Counted from the stretch's first letter, positions 12,254-26,792 are shown. The stretch is DNA of 61,133 nucleotides from Octopus bimaculoides (GCF_001194135.2 NC_068983.1:36419545-36480677), one strand, 5' to 3'. Program-made: numbers and translations. The notes: generated by a model from the sequence alone, not told the origin.

Positions 12254-13562
12254 CGCTATATCAAAAATTGGAACATTTGAGTGAGATGTGGTTGTCTGAC
12301 CGATCTAAAAGAACAATAACTCCAAATAAGAACTGATTTACAGTGTCATAAGCATCCAAGCCGAGCCAGGATGGTAAAACAAACATGAGGATGAAAATGA
12401 TGATAATAAAGATGATAACGATGGTAAAGATGATGACAAAAATGAGGATGATGATGATAAAGATGACAAGAATGAGGATGACAGTGATGATGATGACAAT
12501 GATGTGATAATATAATCATAAAATTTCATCATGTTTTCAAATGCATTAGCTGTGAAGTTAAGTCGCCACCATTGTCTAAGGATTATATCACAAACAGTCT
12601 ATTCCATTACTGATGTTCAATTAACTCCAGGCTAAACCTGATTGAGTAGATTTATGATCAAAGGGGATTCCGGTGGTGACCATCCTGTGATTGTTTAGGC
12701 TAAGTAAGACTACATTACCTTACATAACCTTCCCTCTTAAGATGGTAAGCCGTGATCTGAGTAATACAGAGCTGTTATTTCTAGCATGTTAAGTAACCAT
12801 ACAGGGGCTCCCTTGATGGGTTGCTATTACAGGAAGTGAGGAGATTAGTGAAAAGTACATAGCATTGGAGAATGGAAGTTGAGATAGAGTTAATTAGAAA
12901 TATGCTGAGTCACATCACCAACTGGATCAGCAGCATGCAGTGACTGAATCTATAGTCTTTATGTAATGTAGGGAATGTCAGCTGGGTGGAGCTATCACCT
13001 GTCTAGCTATATATATGAGTGTGTGTATATGTATACACATACATATACACACACACACACACAAATATATTGGTGTAGGAGTTGCTGTGTGGTTAAAAAG
13101 CTTGCTTTGCCATCACATAGTCTCGGGATCAGACCAGCTGTATGGCAACTGAGCATGGCACTTATTCTATTGGTCTATTTTGCCAAACTGCTAAGTTACA
13201 GGGATGTAAACAGACCACCACCTTGCTGTACTCAAGTAGACCCGTCTAGCACAGCAGAATTGATACTAGTGCTGGTGCCACGTAAAAAGCATTGGTGCTG
13301 GTGCCATGTTAAAAGTACTGTTGCTGGTGGCACACAAAGAGCACTGATGCTGGTGCCACATTAAAAGCACCTAGTACACTGCAAAGTGGTTGGCGTTAGG
13401 AAAGGCATCCACTAAAAGAAACCATGTTAGAACAGGAAATGGAGCCTGGCGCGGCCCTCGGCCTTACCAGCTTTTGTCAAACCATCCAACCCATGCCAGC
13501 ATGGAAAATGGGCATTAAATGATGATGAAGATGATGATGATGATGTGTGTGTGTGTATGTAC

Positions 13563-13594
<32 letters not shown>

Positions 13595-13871
13595 ATATAT
13601 ATATATATTGTTTGATTATGAGACTGACGTGCTGCCTACTGCACTATCGAGGCAGTCAATGCAAAATATAAGTTAGTCCTAGAGCGCGCAATGTTCCTGA
13701 AGGTCNNNNNNNNNNATATATATATATATTGTTTGATTATGAGACTGACGTGCTGCCTACTGCACTATCGAGGCAGTCAATGCAAAATATAAGTTAGTCC
13801 TAGAGCGCGCAATGTTCCTGAAGGTCAGTAATGGTCTTCCTCGGTCACAAGTGGACGGCCATCATCATCAT

Positions 13872-13920
<49 letters not shown>

Positions 13921-14607
13921 ACAGGCTTCTTTTCAGTTTCCATCTATAGTAGAAGACACTTGCCCATGATGTCACACAGTAGGACTGAACCTGGAGCTGT
14001 GTGGTGTACATTTTTGATCATAGATCCACTCGATCAGATAGAACTATCCTAGAGCTAAATAGCAATAACAGTATGTTATAAGAGGACAAGAAATAAATTA
14101 GGACATAAAAAATATGCACTAATTTATACCCTGCTCCTGTTGTGTTAGATATTTGCTGGAAGGAATGAGTCACCGGTGCCTGTTACTTATATCATGTGAA
14201 GACCAAGTTAAGTGGATCCTGTTACTTCATTGATAAATAGCTGACCCCACCCCCATTTCCTGCTTCTCTTTTTCATTTACTGATGAAGGAAGTTTTTACT
14301 AGACACATATGCATGTGCATGCATACACACACACACACATACACATACATAGACACACATTTACCTACTACCTACAGATATGTGTATGTGTGTGTGTGTG
14401 TGTGTGTGTATACATATACACATATATCTACATAGATATGCACACACACACATATGTACATACATATGCACACACACACACATATGTACATACATATGCA
14501 CACACACACACATATGTACATACATGTGCACACACACACATATGTACATACATGTGCACACACACATGTACATACATGCACGCACACACATATATGTACA
14601 TACATAT

Positions 14608-14639
<32 letters not shown>

Positions 14640-14643
<4 letters not shown>

Positions 14644-15427
14644 GCTTGAAAGAAATGAAGCTAGCATGATCCGCTGGATGTGTAATGACAAAGTGTAAGT
14701 GCCTTGAGAGAAAGTTGGGCATAAGAAGCATCAAATGTGTGTGCAAGAGAGGCGACTGCGCTGGTATGGCCATGTGTTACGGATGAATGATGACAGCTGT
14801 GTGAGGAAGTGCCACACCATAACTGTAGAAGGAACCTGTGGAAGAGGTAGACCCAGGAAGACATGGAATGAAGTGGTGAAGCATGACCTTTGAACATTGG
14901 GCCTCACAGAGGCAATGACAGGAGACCATGACCTTTGAAGATATTCTGTGATTGAGAAAACCCAGCAACTAAAGTGAGATTGCATTCACACATGTCCGGC
15001 CCTGTTAAGAATACCCTGATGCATCAGGCGCTGTTATATACTTGAGAAGATCTGTTGAGTCAAGTAAAACCAATACTGTAGCTAGGGCCGGTGCTCATGG
15101 CTGGCTCCTGTGCCGGTAGCACATAAAAAACACCATCTGAATGTGGTCGATGCCAGATCCGCCTGACTGGCTCCTGTACCGGTGGCATGTAAAAAGCATC
15201 AACCAAACATGGCTAATGCCAGTATCCCTGACTAGCCCCTGTGCCGGTGGCACGTAAAAAGCACCGACTACACTCTTAGAGTGGTTGGTGTTAGGAAGGG
15301 CATCCAGCTGTAGAAACATTGCCAGATCAGATTGGAGCCTGGTGCAGCCGCTGGACCTCCAGACCTCAGTCAAACTGTCCAACCCATATCAGCATGGAAA
15401 ACAGACGTTAAATGATGACGATGATGA
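14640..15427 (+). mobile_element. RTE LINE 3' end: ORF C-terminus, 3' UTR and (GAT)n tail
   Basis: [12 protein letters not shown]...[14 protein letters not shown]...GRGRPRKTWNEVVKHDL with stops, then the common 3' module AGGAAGGGCATCCAGC...CATGCCAGCATGG ending in GATGAT. Confidence 0.88.
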
Positions 15428-15451
15428 TATATCCACATAGATACGTGTCTC

Positions 15452-15492
<41 letters not shown>

Positions 15493-17525
15493 TTATTGTT
15501 GTAGATTTTTTATCTTTTTAGCCTTACCACCAGTAAAGTAGGTAGGTAAAAGTCACACCTGATCATCTTAAAAAAAATAATAAAACCGGTACAACAGGTT
15601 GGATAATATTGTCTTAAATGAAAAGATGTGATGGTCATGACTGGAATACCAGCACTAAGCAGAGACTTGAAGAATAAAAATTCAGTTCCTTAACTTCAAA
15701 CCTAACAAAAAATACCTGTCCATGTTTTATTGAAAACAGGTGTAATGGAAAGAGAAGTCAGGTGAAATTTATGATTCATAAAATGAGCAGCAAAGAGTGT
15801 GTATGTGTGTGTNNNNNNNNNNNNNNNNNNNNNNNNNNNGGGGGGGGGGAGTGATGATGCATATGTTTGCCTGCATGTGATGTTGTTTAACCCCGAGTCA
15901 GTCACGATCAAGTAAATCTATGATCAACTGTACTCTGGCATTGATCATCTAGTATTTTTCTTAGTTATTTTTAAACTTTTATTTCAGTGATAAAAATTTT
16001 ATTACCCAATGTTTCCTTTGTTATTCAAGATAGGTAGAGGGTTATTTAAGGGAAATTTGGCTGCTATTTCTAGTTGGTTATGCATCCATGCAGAAGCTTC
16101 CTCCGTGTGTGTGTGTGTGTGTATAGGGTCATGTGTGTATGTACCTGCATTTGATACTGCTTAGCCCCAGGTCAACTATGACTGAATATATTCTAGCTGT
16201 GATCATCCAGTATTTTTGTATCTGAAAGACTAAAATTATATATTAACCAAATGTAACCTTTGTGATTCAAGTGAAATTTGGCTGCTATTTCTAGTTGGCC
16301 ATGTATCCATGCAGAAGCTTCCTCCTTGTGTGTGTGAGTGTGTAGATGGTGGTGACTAATACAAGCAATGATATAACCAAGATTAGATGCTAACATTACC
16401 AACTAAAATATGTACTATGATTATTTATTGCTTATTCTACCATCATTATAATTGACTTAACTGTTACCACTCATCATCATCATCATCATCATCGTTTAAC
16501 ATCCGCTTTCTATGCTGGCATAGGTTGGACGGTTGGACTGGGGGCTGGCAAGACAGGAGGCTGCACCAAACTCCAAAGTTATCTGGCAAGGTTTCTACAG
16601 CTGGATGCCCTTCCTAATGCCAACCACTCCGAGAGCATAGTGGGTGTCTTTTACGTGCTACCAGCACAGGGAGCCAGTCAGGCAGCATTGGCATCAACCC
16701 ACACATGAATGGTGCTTATTGCGTGCCACCAACACGGGAGCCAGTCAGATGGCACTGGCATCGGCCACAACTGCAATTTCTATTTTGATTTCGATTTGAC
16801 TGAGATTCTGATTGTGATTTTGATTATTATTATTATTATTATTGCAGAATCATTAGTGTCAGACAAAATGTCTTGTGCTATTTCTTTTGGTTCTTTACAT
16901 TCTGAGTTCAAATCCTACCAAGATCAACTTTCATTTTCCTCCTTTTGGGGGAGATAAAATAAAAATAGCAGCCAAATACTTGGGGTCAAATGAATCAACT
17001 AAGCTTACCTCTGTCCACTCCAGCCCCAAACATGTGGTCTCATGCTTACATTACAAGTGATTATTTTGTGTTAATATCAAATCTGTTTTCACTAAGCAGT
17101 CTCAGACACTCCACCCCCAACCAAAGAACAAAAAGAATCTAACAGCAAAACAGCAGGTTACTCATGGTTTTTGACCGATGACATAATCACAAAAGGGGAT
17201 TCTATATTCTGTTCCCATTTCACTTTGCTGTTGTAGAGTTAACATTTCCTCATGTTACATATGTGGACTCAGAACACTGATAAATATTCCAACCCCTTTT
17301 AGTACCAACCCACCTGATACTGACCCTGTTCTATTATATAAATTTCCTGTTTAGAGGGATCTGTAATAAAACGTTCCACTATTTGTTTTAGCTAACTTTG
17401 TTATGTAATATGTAATTAAGCAAGACTCTAAACATCACCATAACCTTTTGACATTCAAATTACTCTGTTTCTTTGCATAATGAACTGTAAATAACCAATA
17501 TATTTACTGGAAATATATTTATTTA

Positions 17526-17734
17526 CCCTTTAGCATTCAGATTGTTCTGTCAAATGTCATGTTTATTTATTCACATTGTTTTGAATTAATTATGCATTAT
17601 CTTGCAGCTTTGAGACTTCAATGATGTGATTGCTTATTTTTAAAGTGACATTGTAGGGTAGGCATGAAAAGCTGAATCTGGCCAATTTTAACACAAAACA
17701 GGTAGAATATATGGCCAGTTTAAATGCTGAAGGC
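17526..17734. mobile_element. piggyBac-type MITE (family 2) nested in a family-1 copy
   Basis: CCCTTTAGCATTCAG...AAATGCTGAAGGCTTAA. Related copies occur at 11022-11241 (opposite orientation) and 28636-28840. Confidence 0.7.
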
Positions 17735-18372
17735 TTAAGAATGACAAAGATATTTTACTAAATTCCTCATTATTTTCAAAATTACTTAAAAGCACTATTT
17801 CAACAGAAGTATGGTAACAAAAGGGTTAAGTAGATACAAATTGGCCAGGTAGATAAAATTTGTACACCAGCCCACAGGTCAGAAGTTTCAAATCTAACGC
17901 AAGTATAGATGCAAGTCATTGTGCAATTATTTTAGCTGTGCACATAATTTTAGCTTCATATTACATCACTGCGAAGAATAGGAATTAGAGCTGCTGGGAA
18001 TGTTACTTGCAATAGACTGATGCCCCACTCAAGGGTAAGTTTATCGTTCATGGGCTGAACGCCATGAAACTAGAGCTAAACACTAGATTATATAAGACCC
18101 TCAGAGCTTTGGAAATATTTACATTTGTTTGCTCTGCTCTTCTGGCTTTGCTAGTGAAATATTTCTCCAAACAAAAATGATACGCTTTACATACTTTTAC
18201 ACTTGCTGACACCTTAAGTGTATGTGTATGTATGTGAGCATATGTTTGAGTACATGTATGTGTGAATTAGGGCGTGTGTTCATGAGAGTATATCACCTGC
18301 GTGTGAAAGTGTGTGTGGATGTGGGAGAGAGAGTGAGAATGTGTGAGAGAGAGACAGACAGATAGACAGAGA

Positions 18373-18418
<46 letters not shown>

Positions 18419-19087
18419 AAGAGAGAGACAGAAAGACAGAAAGTGTGTGTATGTGTGTGAGAAAGAGAGGGACAGACTGAGAAGGTGTGTGTGCATGCGT
18501 GTGTGTGTGTGTTTGTCAGTTCCTCTCTTTCTTACTATTTCTCTCCACAAGGCCACCTACAAAGCTAATCTTCACCACATCACAACAAACCACAGACACA
18601 GTTTCAAAATTGTTAGGTAGATAAAAGATAAATATCTCTCTGGATAGAATACCAAGTCTATCTCAGGAAGCTTCCCAGTAAAAAGAATTCAACTAAGCCC
18701 TGTTGTTATTCCACCAATCTATATATTACCCCCTTCCCCTCACACACACACATAACATATCTCCCTTCAGAGATTAACAAACAAAATATCGGTAATATAC
18801 TAGGATTGGATTCAATGACTATAAACAACTCCAGTGTTCTTTAGTTTGTTACAGCAATCATGGCTCAGACCATTCTGGAGTGCCTATGTCTTTATGAAAA
18901 GTAATGCAATGAGTATAGAAAAAAAAAAGAAAAGCCCTTCTTTTAGTCAATGAAGAGGGCCCCTGATGGATCAGAGAGCTTGTAAAGTAATGCGGCAGGA
19001 ATTAGTATGGACCTTGAAAAGTTGAAACTTTACACAAAGAAGAACTAAGAATGTCCTCCAGTTTTTTTTAACTATCTTTACAACACT

Positions 19088-19495
19088 TATGACTCAAGTT
19101 ATCATGAATCTATCTTCACAATATCCATAACTCCAGCTCTCATGAATCTATTCTTATAATACCTTTGACTCTAGTTTTCATGAATCTATCCTTACACTAA
19201 ACATGACTCTAGCTCTCATAAATCCTTCATTACAATACTCCTGATGCTAGCTCTCACTAATCTATCCTTATGATACACAACTCCACCTCTTCTGAATATC
19301 TCCTTACACTACACATGACTCCAACTGTCATGAATCTGTCCTCACAATACTCACGACTCCAGCTCTTACGAATTTATCTTTGTATAATACCCATGACTCC
19401 AGCTCTTCTGAATCTCTCCTTATAATGCTTATGATACCCACTGTCGTGAATATATTCTTATGATACCCATGACTCCAGCTCTCATGAATCTATAT
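19088..19495. repeat. Degenerate 38-bp minisatellite, about 11 units
   Basis: Consensus approximately CATGACTCCAGCTCTCATGAATCTATCCTTACAATACC. Confidence 0.85.
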
Positions 19496-20349
19496 AACTA
19501 TAGTTTGAATAGTTCTAACACAATAATCTGATGCCCACCATCTCCAACAATGTAGTCACCACTTGACTCAATCTGTTTATTATTGAAAATAGCTGTTATT
19601 GTTACAGACATAATACGTTTCTTTTCCTCTTTCTCACTCATCCACTCTGTGCAACCACACAGACTGGTTTAGATTTCAAACTACAAGTATTACATGAAGG
19701 GTAAGGAAAATAAAAGTTTTACAGGGATTGGCAGGAATTAACAACAATAACAATAAACTCATTCTTTGAATAACTGAATAGTAAAGTTATAAATAATCTG
19801 TTTATACAGATCCAAATATTCAATGCCTAAACAAGATTAAGGCAGTCGATATATTGACTGGAGATCACAAGAAAATGTAGGTTATATAGACAGAGTAATA
19901 ACATCTTATTGGTAGAACATACATCTTGAGACACAATTAGACTTAAATAAATTTAACAGCTAATTTTTATCTCATTTACTTAAATGAATCAGAATACAGA
20001 CAGTTTAAACAAAGTAATGTAGGTCAAGTGTTTCACTAACTTCAATATATATGTGAAACTATGTCTCTAATTTCATATGGGAATAATGGAATTCTTGAAG
20101 ATTTCTTCTTCACATAAGGCACAGGGTTGGTTGTATGGTTAAGAAACTCACTTTGCAGTGATGTGGTTTCAGTTCAATCTCATTGTACACCACTTTGGGC
20201 AAGCGTCTTCTACTAAAGCTTTTAGCTGACCAATGCCTTGTGAATGAATATGGCAGATGGAAACTGTGCGGAAGCCTGTCATATGTGCATGCTTGTGTGT
20301 GTATATATAAGTTTGATGAGGCAAACAGGAAAATAGAACTATGAGTATA

Positions 20350-20579
20350 CAGTAATTCCTCACCATATTGTGGTTCACCTATCGCAGTTTATTATTTAAG
20401 TTTACGTTGATTTCTCTGTGGTGTTGTTTTGCATTTATAATAAAATAAATATATACAAATTATAGAAATAATTTTAAATATATATATACAGTACAGTACT
20501 GTTTCTACTTCATGAATTTTCACCTTTCGCGGGGGGGTTTTGGAACATAACAACACCTGTGATAATCAAGGGATTACTG
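20350..20579. mobile_element. Intact 230-bp Tigger/pogo-like MITE
   Basis: TIR CAGTAAT(T/C)CCT / AGGGATTACTG with TA on both sides. Confidence 0.85.
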
Positions 20580-21551
20580 TACATATTTTATTATTAATAA
20601 TTGACAGAAGTTACAGAGTGACTCAAGAACCAGGAACTTTGCACATTAATTACTGCTAATGTACGAGATTCTTGACGATTATAAATAATAAAAATATACT
20701 TTGTGTGTATATGTGTGCCTTTGTGTCTGTTTCACCACACTGCTTAACAACCGGTGTTGGCGTGTTTACATTCTCATAAAGTGGTGCAGCCAAAAATACC
20801 AACAAAATAAGTATCAAACCTTAAAATAAGTACTGGGGTTGATTTGTTAGTCCCAAACCCTTCAAAACGATGCTACAGTATGACCACAGTCCAATGACTG
20901 AAACAAGTTAAAGATGAAAGAAAATATACGTACAGCAAGTCATCTCAGTAGAATCCACCTCACATGAAGCTATTTCAACACCTTGAGTTCATATTGGTAT
21001 TAAATGCTAACAAAACACTCATCAATTTTAGTGCTGCCACTGTTTACAGCACAGAAGTGACACAATACCAAGGAAGAGATATGAACCACAAACTTTCCAA
21101 CAGGTTGATCAAGCCCCTTACTAATTCTTAAGCTACACTATGATCTCTTAACCTCTTATTAGTTGTCCCTATAAACTCAATTATAATATACAGAGAATGA
21201 TTAAAGTCAGATAGAAGACAAATAGAAGTTAGCAATGGGTTGTCATTCTGAATTATGCTAACAACATAGTATTATTTACATCAACTCATTTGAATGAATG
21301 AACAAATGTATGTACGTATGTACGTACGTACATACATGTATACAAAAAAGGTACTGAACAATTCAGTAGAATTTACTTTTTCCTTCACCTGAAAGATTGC
21401 ATAGAGAAACTATGAGTAATGATACAGAAAAACCTTCAAATATATATCATCATTATCATTGTTTAACATCCATTTTCCATGCTGCATGGGGTTTATATAT
21501 ACACATATATAATGTTTATGTATATAAGAACTTAAAGGCCAAAACACTTGC

Positions 21552-21610
21552 CAGAGTGGGGTTTCTTCTCTGAAGATCTGCTGGTCAGCTCTCCTGAGAC
21601 TTTCTTATGC
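21552..21610 (-). CDS. Candidate exon (59 nt, phase 2 to 1) with a GC donor
   Basis: Pyrimidine tract plus catacag acceptor; open frame HKKVSGELTSRSSEKKPHS; donor G|GCAAGT. GC content is locally higher than the surrounding intron. Confidence 0.25.
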
Positions 21611-22041
21611 CTGTATGTGTGTGTGTGTAGATTTGGTAAAATGAACAAGAGAAACAGAACACAGTACATAGACTATATATACTCTTTTTTTACTTTTTAA
21701 TCAACAAGAAGTTGTGAAAGCAGTGTGCATGCAGCTTTCACGCCTTGAGTCACTTTTGAAACTTTCTACCGGTTAAAATATAACACACACACATGGTCAG
21801 TATGAAGTTATAGTGGAAGTCACTTGTCCAACACAACGGGACTGAATCTGGAACCATGTGGTTGGGAAGCAAACTTTTTATCACATAGCCATGCGGAGAG
21901 GTTGGTATTAGGGAGGGCGTCCAGCTATAAAATCCCTGCTAAAACAGACACAGTGGCCTAGGGTAGCTTTTTTACCTGGCCGGCTCCTGCCAACTGTCCT
22001 ACCCATGCATACATGGAAGATGGACATTAAATAATGATGAC

Positions 22042-22121
<80 letters not shown>

Positions 22122-22267
22122 TGCATGCTAATATATGACTTTACATTGGACTCCTCATTCGCATAATCACTGAACCTGGAGCTTAACTATAGTCTTTCCA
22201 TACTCAGCATTATCTGACACCTTTGGGTCTTCTTGACACCATTACCTCTCATAACCTCAATACACAT

Positions 22268-22302
<35 letters not shown>

Positions 22303-22657
22303 ATGAGGGGAGAGAGGAGACGGGAAGAGAGAGGAAAAGAGACGAGGAGTGGAGAAGGGGGAGAAGATATAAGATTTCATTTTTAAAATAATAAACTGAG
22401 ATAAAAACTGATTAGTTGAAAATTCTGAGTTCAGATCAGGTAAAATAACCAAACGAATCTGTTTTAGATTTTTTTCTTAATGATAAAAAAAGGACAACTT
22501 TTATACTCACCATCATATTAATAGATGTGAATGCCCATCCATGATCAGTTATCATATTATATCAACTTGTATTATCAATTATATTTCAGATACAATAGTA
22601 AAATCCAGATTAATTTAGGGTTTAGTAATCAAAAATACAGTTGTACATGGAAATATT

Positions 22658-22718
<61 letters not shown>

Positions 22719-23879
22719 ACAGAAAGAGCAACTGTTATAATGTCACACATAGTACTGTGATGACCAATGATAACAGCAACCAATAAAATGTCTTTTCTAA
22801 AAAGCAAATAAGATATGTTTTTAGATAAACCCAAAATACAAGGTCAAATTAAACAGCAATACGTGTTTTAGTATAGTTACTAAAGATTATGAGAACACAT
22901 TAGGAATTTATTCCATTTAAAGAGTATTTTATCATAAATTATTAATAAGTATTACAAGGAAAAGAGTATTGTAATTAACTTGAAGCACTGTAATGTGTAA
23001 ATGATATTATTGTTAAAAAAAAATGAAAACTTTCAGGAATGCAGCCGAGAATTTAGGTAAAGTATGTAAGGTGTTGCCAATAGATAAAATAAAGAAAAGA
23101 AAGTGTATTACTGTACATATATTGTTTAATGTTTCTATAATATTTTGGGAAAGATTTCCCTTGTCAAATACAAGAAAGAAAATAATCCAAGAGTTCAAAG
23201 ACAGTGTTATTATTGGCAGGTATGTTGTGAATCTTTCCTGAAATATTACAGAAACATGAAATAACCTATGAAATTCAATATCTTCTCTTTATATGTTCTT
23301 TGGCATCACTTTACATATTTTTCCTGTCTTCTCTCTTGATTATCTGAAGGTCTTTTTAAAATTGACTTCTAATGTAGGCACAAGGCTAGAAATTTGATAG
23401 TGGGAGGTAGGGTTGTGTGGTTCAGAAGTTTACATCCCAGTCATGAGGCTTCAGGTTCAGTCCTACTATATGGCACATTCAACAAGTGTCTTCTACTATA
23501 GCCTGTGTACTAGAGCCTTGTGAGTAGATTTGACAGATAAAAACTGGAAGATGTCTATTTGTGTGTGTGAGTGTGTAAATACATGTGTGTATGTGGCTTG
23601 ACATTACATGAGAGTTCTAAGTGATTGTCCCTACAATACAAATGATTCCATTTGATTCCCGTATTCTATGAAAATATGTCTAACTATGGAGAAATATTAT
23701 CTTGCTTCAAAAGGAGTGAAAGTTGGCAACAAGAAGGGCATCTGACTGTAGAAAATCTGCTACAGCTAATTTTGTCTGATCCATGCAAGTATGTAATAAT
23801 GAAAGATAAAACAGTGATGATGGTGGTGGTAGTGATAGTTCTTATGATGATGATAATGAGCTTATAAACAATTAAATCA

Positions 23880-24330
23880 ACTCGAGTACTAGCCTGGTAC
23901 AACCTCAGCATGAATCAGAGCAACAACAACCACAGTATACTGACCCTACCTTGCAGAGGGCATTGGTGAAAAATGGACTGTTTGACCAATGGAATGTGTC
24001 CTTTCCACAAGAAACAGAAACGTAGATGTTAATATTTCATCAGACAGGGTCTGGAACAAAGCACAATGGTTACAAGATAAGCTATGATGGAGGTGATGAA
24101 GGCATTTGGCACCTCTGCTCACCCTTTCAGGTATAGCTTCCTCTTAGCCCATTTCTGGGTGAAGACGATCAAATTGTAACCTTGTCCCAGTTCCTGTCCA
24201 CCTCAAGCAGTTTAAACAGTTCTGTCTGTCCAGTGACCAATGGTACCTTCAATAGCATAAGCTTGTCTCTCCAGACCAACATTGATTTAAATGTTGTCTC
24301 TGTAACAGTTTTTACTCATCTAAGTTCTTT
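23880..24330 (-). mobile_element. L1/Tx1-clade LINE ORF2 remnant
   Basis: Across frames it reads KLLEVDRNWDKVT, WAKRKLYLKG*AEVPNAFITSII and FCFLWKGHIPLVKQSIFHQCPLQG, matching the Tx1-like post-RT motif (W..RKLSL.GR...FLW.G...V...GGLG). Confidence 0.75.
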
Positions 24331-26407
24331 TACCTCAGAGAATACCTGAACTGTATTAACAAAAATGAGCCTTTTAGTCTGTGACTACTAATACTACTAC
24401 TACTACTGGTAAATATTTTTATTGTCTCATTTTGCAAGTCTACAGAAACCTGAAAGGAGCCAGTAACCTGGTTTCATTGACATGCTGCTAGCAGAGGACA
24501 AAGAACTTATCTAATCTAGCCTAACACTTTAGAAATGTGACAATATATTTAGCAGAGATTTAAATGTCATATCTTTTCTATAAATGGTGATCCTCACAGC
24601 TATTAATTATTCCCAAGTTGTACAAAGTGACAAAATTCTTTCCAGAACCAATAGAGTCTGGTCACATTTTCTTAAAGCTGAAATGTTTGTGATTGATTAA
24701 CTAACATTGCTTTGATAATTTTAAGACATACTATAAAAACCTCATACATCAAAGTGAGTTGTTAAGCTTTTATTAAGGAGATACAACACCTAACACCTGG
24801 TAAATTGAGTTTATTTATAAATGAGAAGTTTTATATAATAAAATTTACCTTCAGCTAAAAGAAAGAAGGTGAAAAACATTATTACAGTAATGTATTTGAA
24901 TAAGGAGGTAAATAGCAGAATTGATAGAGAGCCTGACAAAATGCCTTGTGGAATTTAGCTATATCCCTTTAAATTCAGATTTCAAATCCTGTTAATTACT
25001 GGAGTCATTTTAAACCTTTTATACCAAACTGCCTTAGACTGCTTTTGGTTTTAAAGTGATCTAAATTAAAATATTCCTTCTAAATTTCATGTTAATTTAT
25101 CTTCCAAATACCAGCCTAATATTGACAAAGTTATTTTGTTAAATTTTTCATTATTTTCAAAATTGTTTTTGTGCACTTTCCATGCTGGCTGGCATGTGTT
25201 GGACAGGTCATTACAAATTAAATTAGTTCTAATTTAGAGAGAGTGCTCTCATAGGTAGGTCAGAAAGTTACATATCACTTGTATATTTCATTTTTGGCTC
25301 GATTTTCATGGTTGTATGCTTTTCCTAACACCAACCACATTACATCATTTGTGAGGAAATTAAAATTGGTTGCAGGTTCATTAATGATTTAATTCTGGTG
25401 TATGTTTACTGATTATATGTGTATTTTTGTCCTATAATAAAATTTTCTTAATCTAAAAATTAAATCATTTAATTTTAACCTTAAATCTCATCATCATCAT
25501 CGTTTTTAGTGGCCATTTTTCTCTGTCCACATAAGATGGATGGAGTTTACTGAGGCAGATTTTCTACAGTCACATGCCTTTCCTGTCACCAATTCTTAAC
25601 TGTTTCCAAGCAAGGTAATATTTCCCCATGGCCAGACATACTTTTGCACTGACATTCATTTACAGTTATCACACAATGTCAAAACAAGTTGACACATGCA
25701 CACTCACTCACACATTTAAACTGGGCTTCTACCAGTTTTGATCTACCAATTCAACTTACAAGACTCTAGTTGGCCTGAGATCAACACTTGCCCAAGGTGC
25801 CATGCTGTGAGACTAAGCTCAAAACCATGTAATTCGGAAGCAAACTTCTTTACTACACAGCTACAGATTCACATCTTAATGCTGCTTGATATTTGCTCTT
25901 AAGGTGGTGAGCTGGCAGAAGCATTAACATGCCAGACAAAATGGTTAGTGGCATTTTGTCCAGCTTCACATTTTGAGTTCAAATTCTGCTAAGATCAACT
26001 TTGCCTTTCATTCTTTTGGGACTGACAAAATAATTACTAGTTGAACACAAGGGTTCAACTGGTAATTGCTGGCCTTGTGCTAAAATTTGAAATTAATATT
26101 TACTTTTATTATAGAAGTTATTCAGGATGTATATCAATACACAATAAATGAAAATTGCTTGCCATACATTTTAGTGTATATCTTTGTAGAAAATTAAGAA
26201 TAGATAATATAGCTTAATTTATAAGTTATAATTGAATGTAAATAAACTTCATTTATTGGGAAATGGTTGTTTTTGTTGTAATTTGGCCCCAGATCAGGAA
26301 TAATCAAGCATCCTTTCAGTCAAAGAAGTCCTAGCCATGGACCAGCCAAATCTTCAATTCCTTTGAATATTTTACAATATATTTCTTTCTTTTGTGTCCC
26401 CCTAAAG

Positions 26408-26662
26408 CAGTAGTTCCAAAACTTTTTCAGGTTGCTGCCCACTTGGCACCCAGGCCACTTTCCTAGTGCCCCCACCACAAATATAGACCACTTTCTGCAG
26501 CAAATTCAAAACAACTGTATTTCACAAATAAAACTTAAACCTAATTAACCTATTAATTTTTTTTTTTACATCTATCACCCCATTATCATCCCACTTTTCT
26601 TCAATGCTCCTTTGGATCCCCCCCCCCCCAAGGGGTAGTATTGCCCACATTGAGAACCACTG
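26408..26662. mobile_element. hAT (Charlie-like) MITE, 255 bp
   Basis: Exact 8-bp TSD CCCTAAAG (26400-26407 and 26663-26670). TIRs CAGTAGTTCC / reverse-complement CAGTGGTTCT. Confidence 0.88.
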
Positions 26663-26792
26663 CCCTAAAGCATTCTACTTTATTAACTTGTTATTTACAT
26701 TAGATATCCTGAACTGTAGAAAGGTAGCCCTATAAATCTCATCACCTCATTAAACACCTATCTGGATCAGTAATCTTCTTAAGTGGCTTTAC

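Noticed and set aside
13597-13827. Exact duplication of about 110 bp on either side of a 10-N gap
   Set aside because: Identical copies flanking a minimal gap are the usual sign of unmerged overlapping contig ends, so this is an assembly artefact.
14309-14698. Many overlapping His/Thr- and Cys/Val-rich ORFs (also at 10.3, 18.3, 27.1, 52 and 60.2 kb)
   Set aside because: These are translations of CA, TA and TCTA microsatellites or minisatellites.
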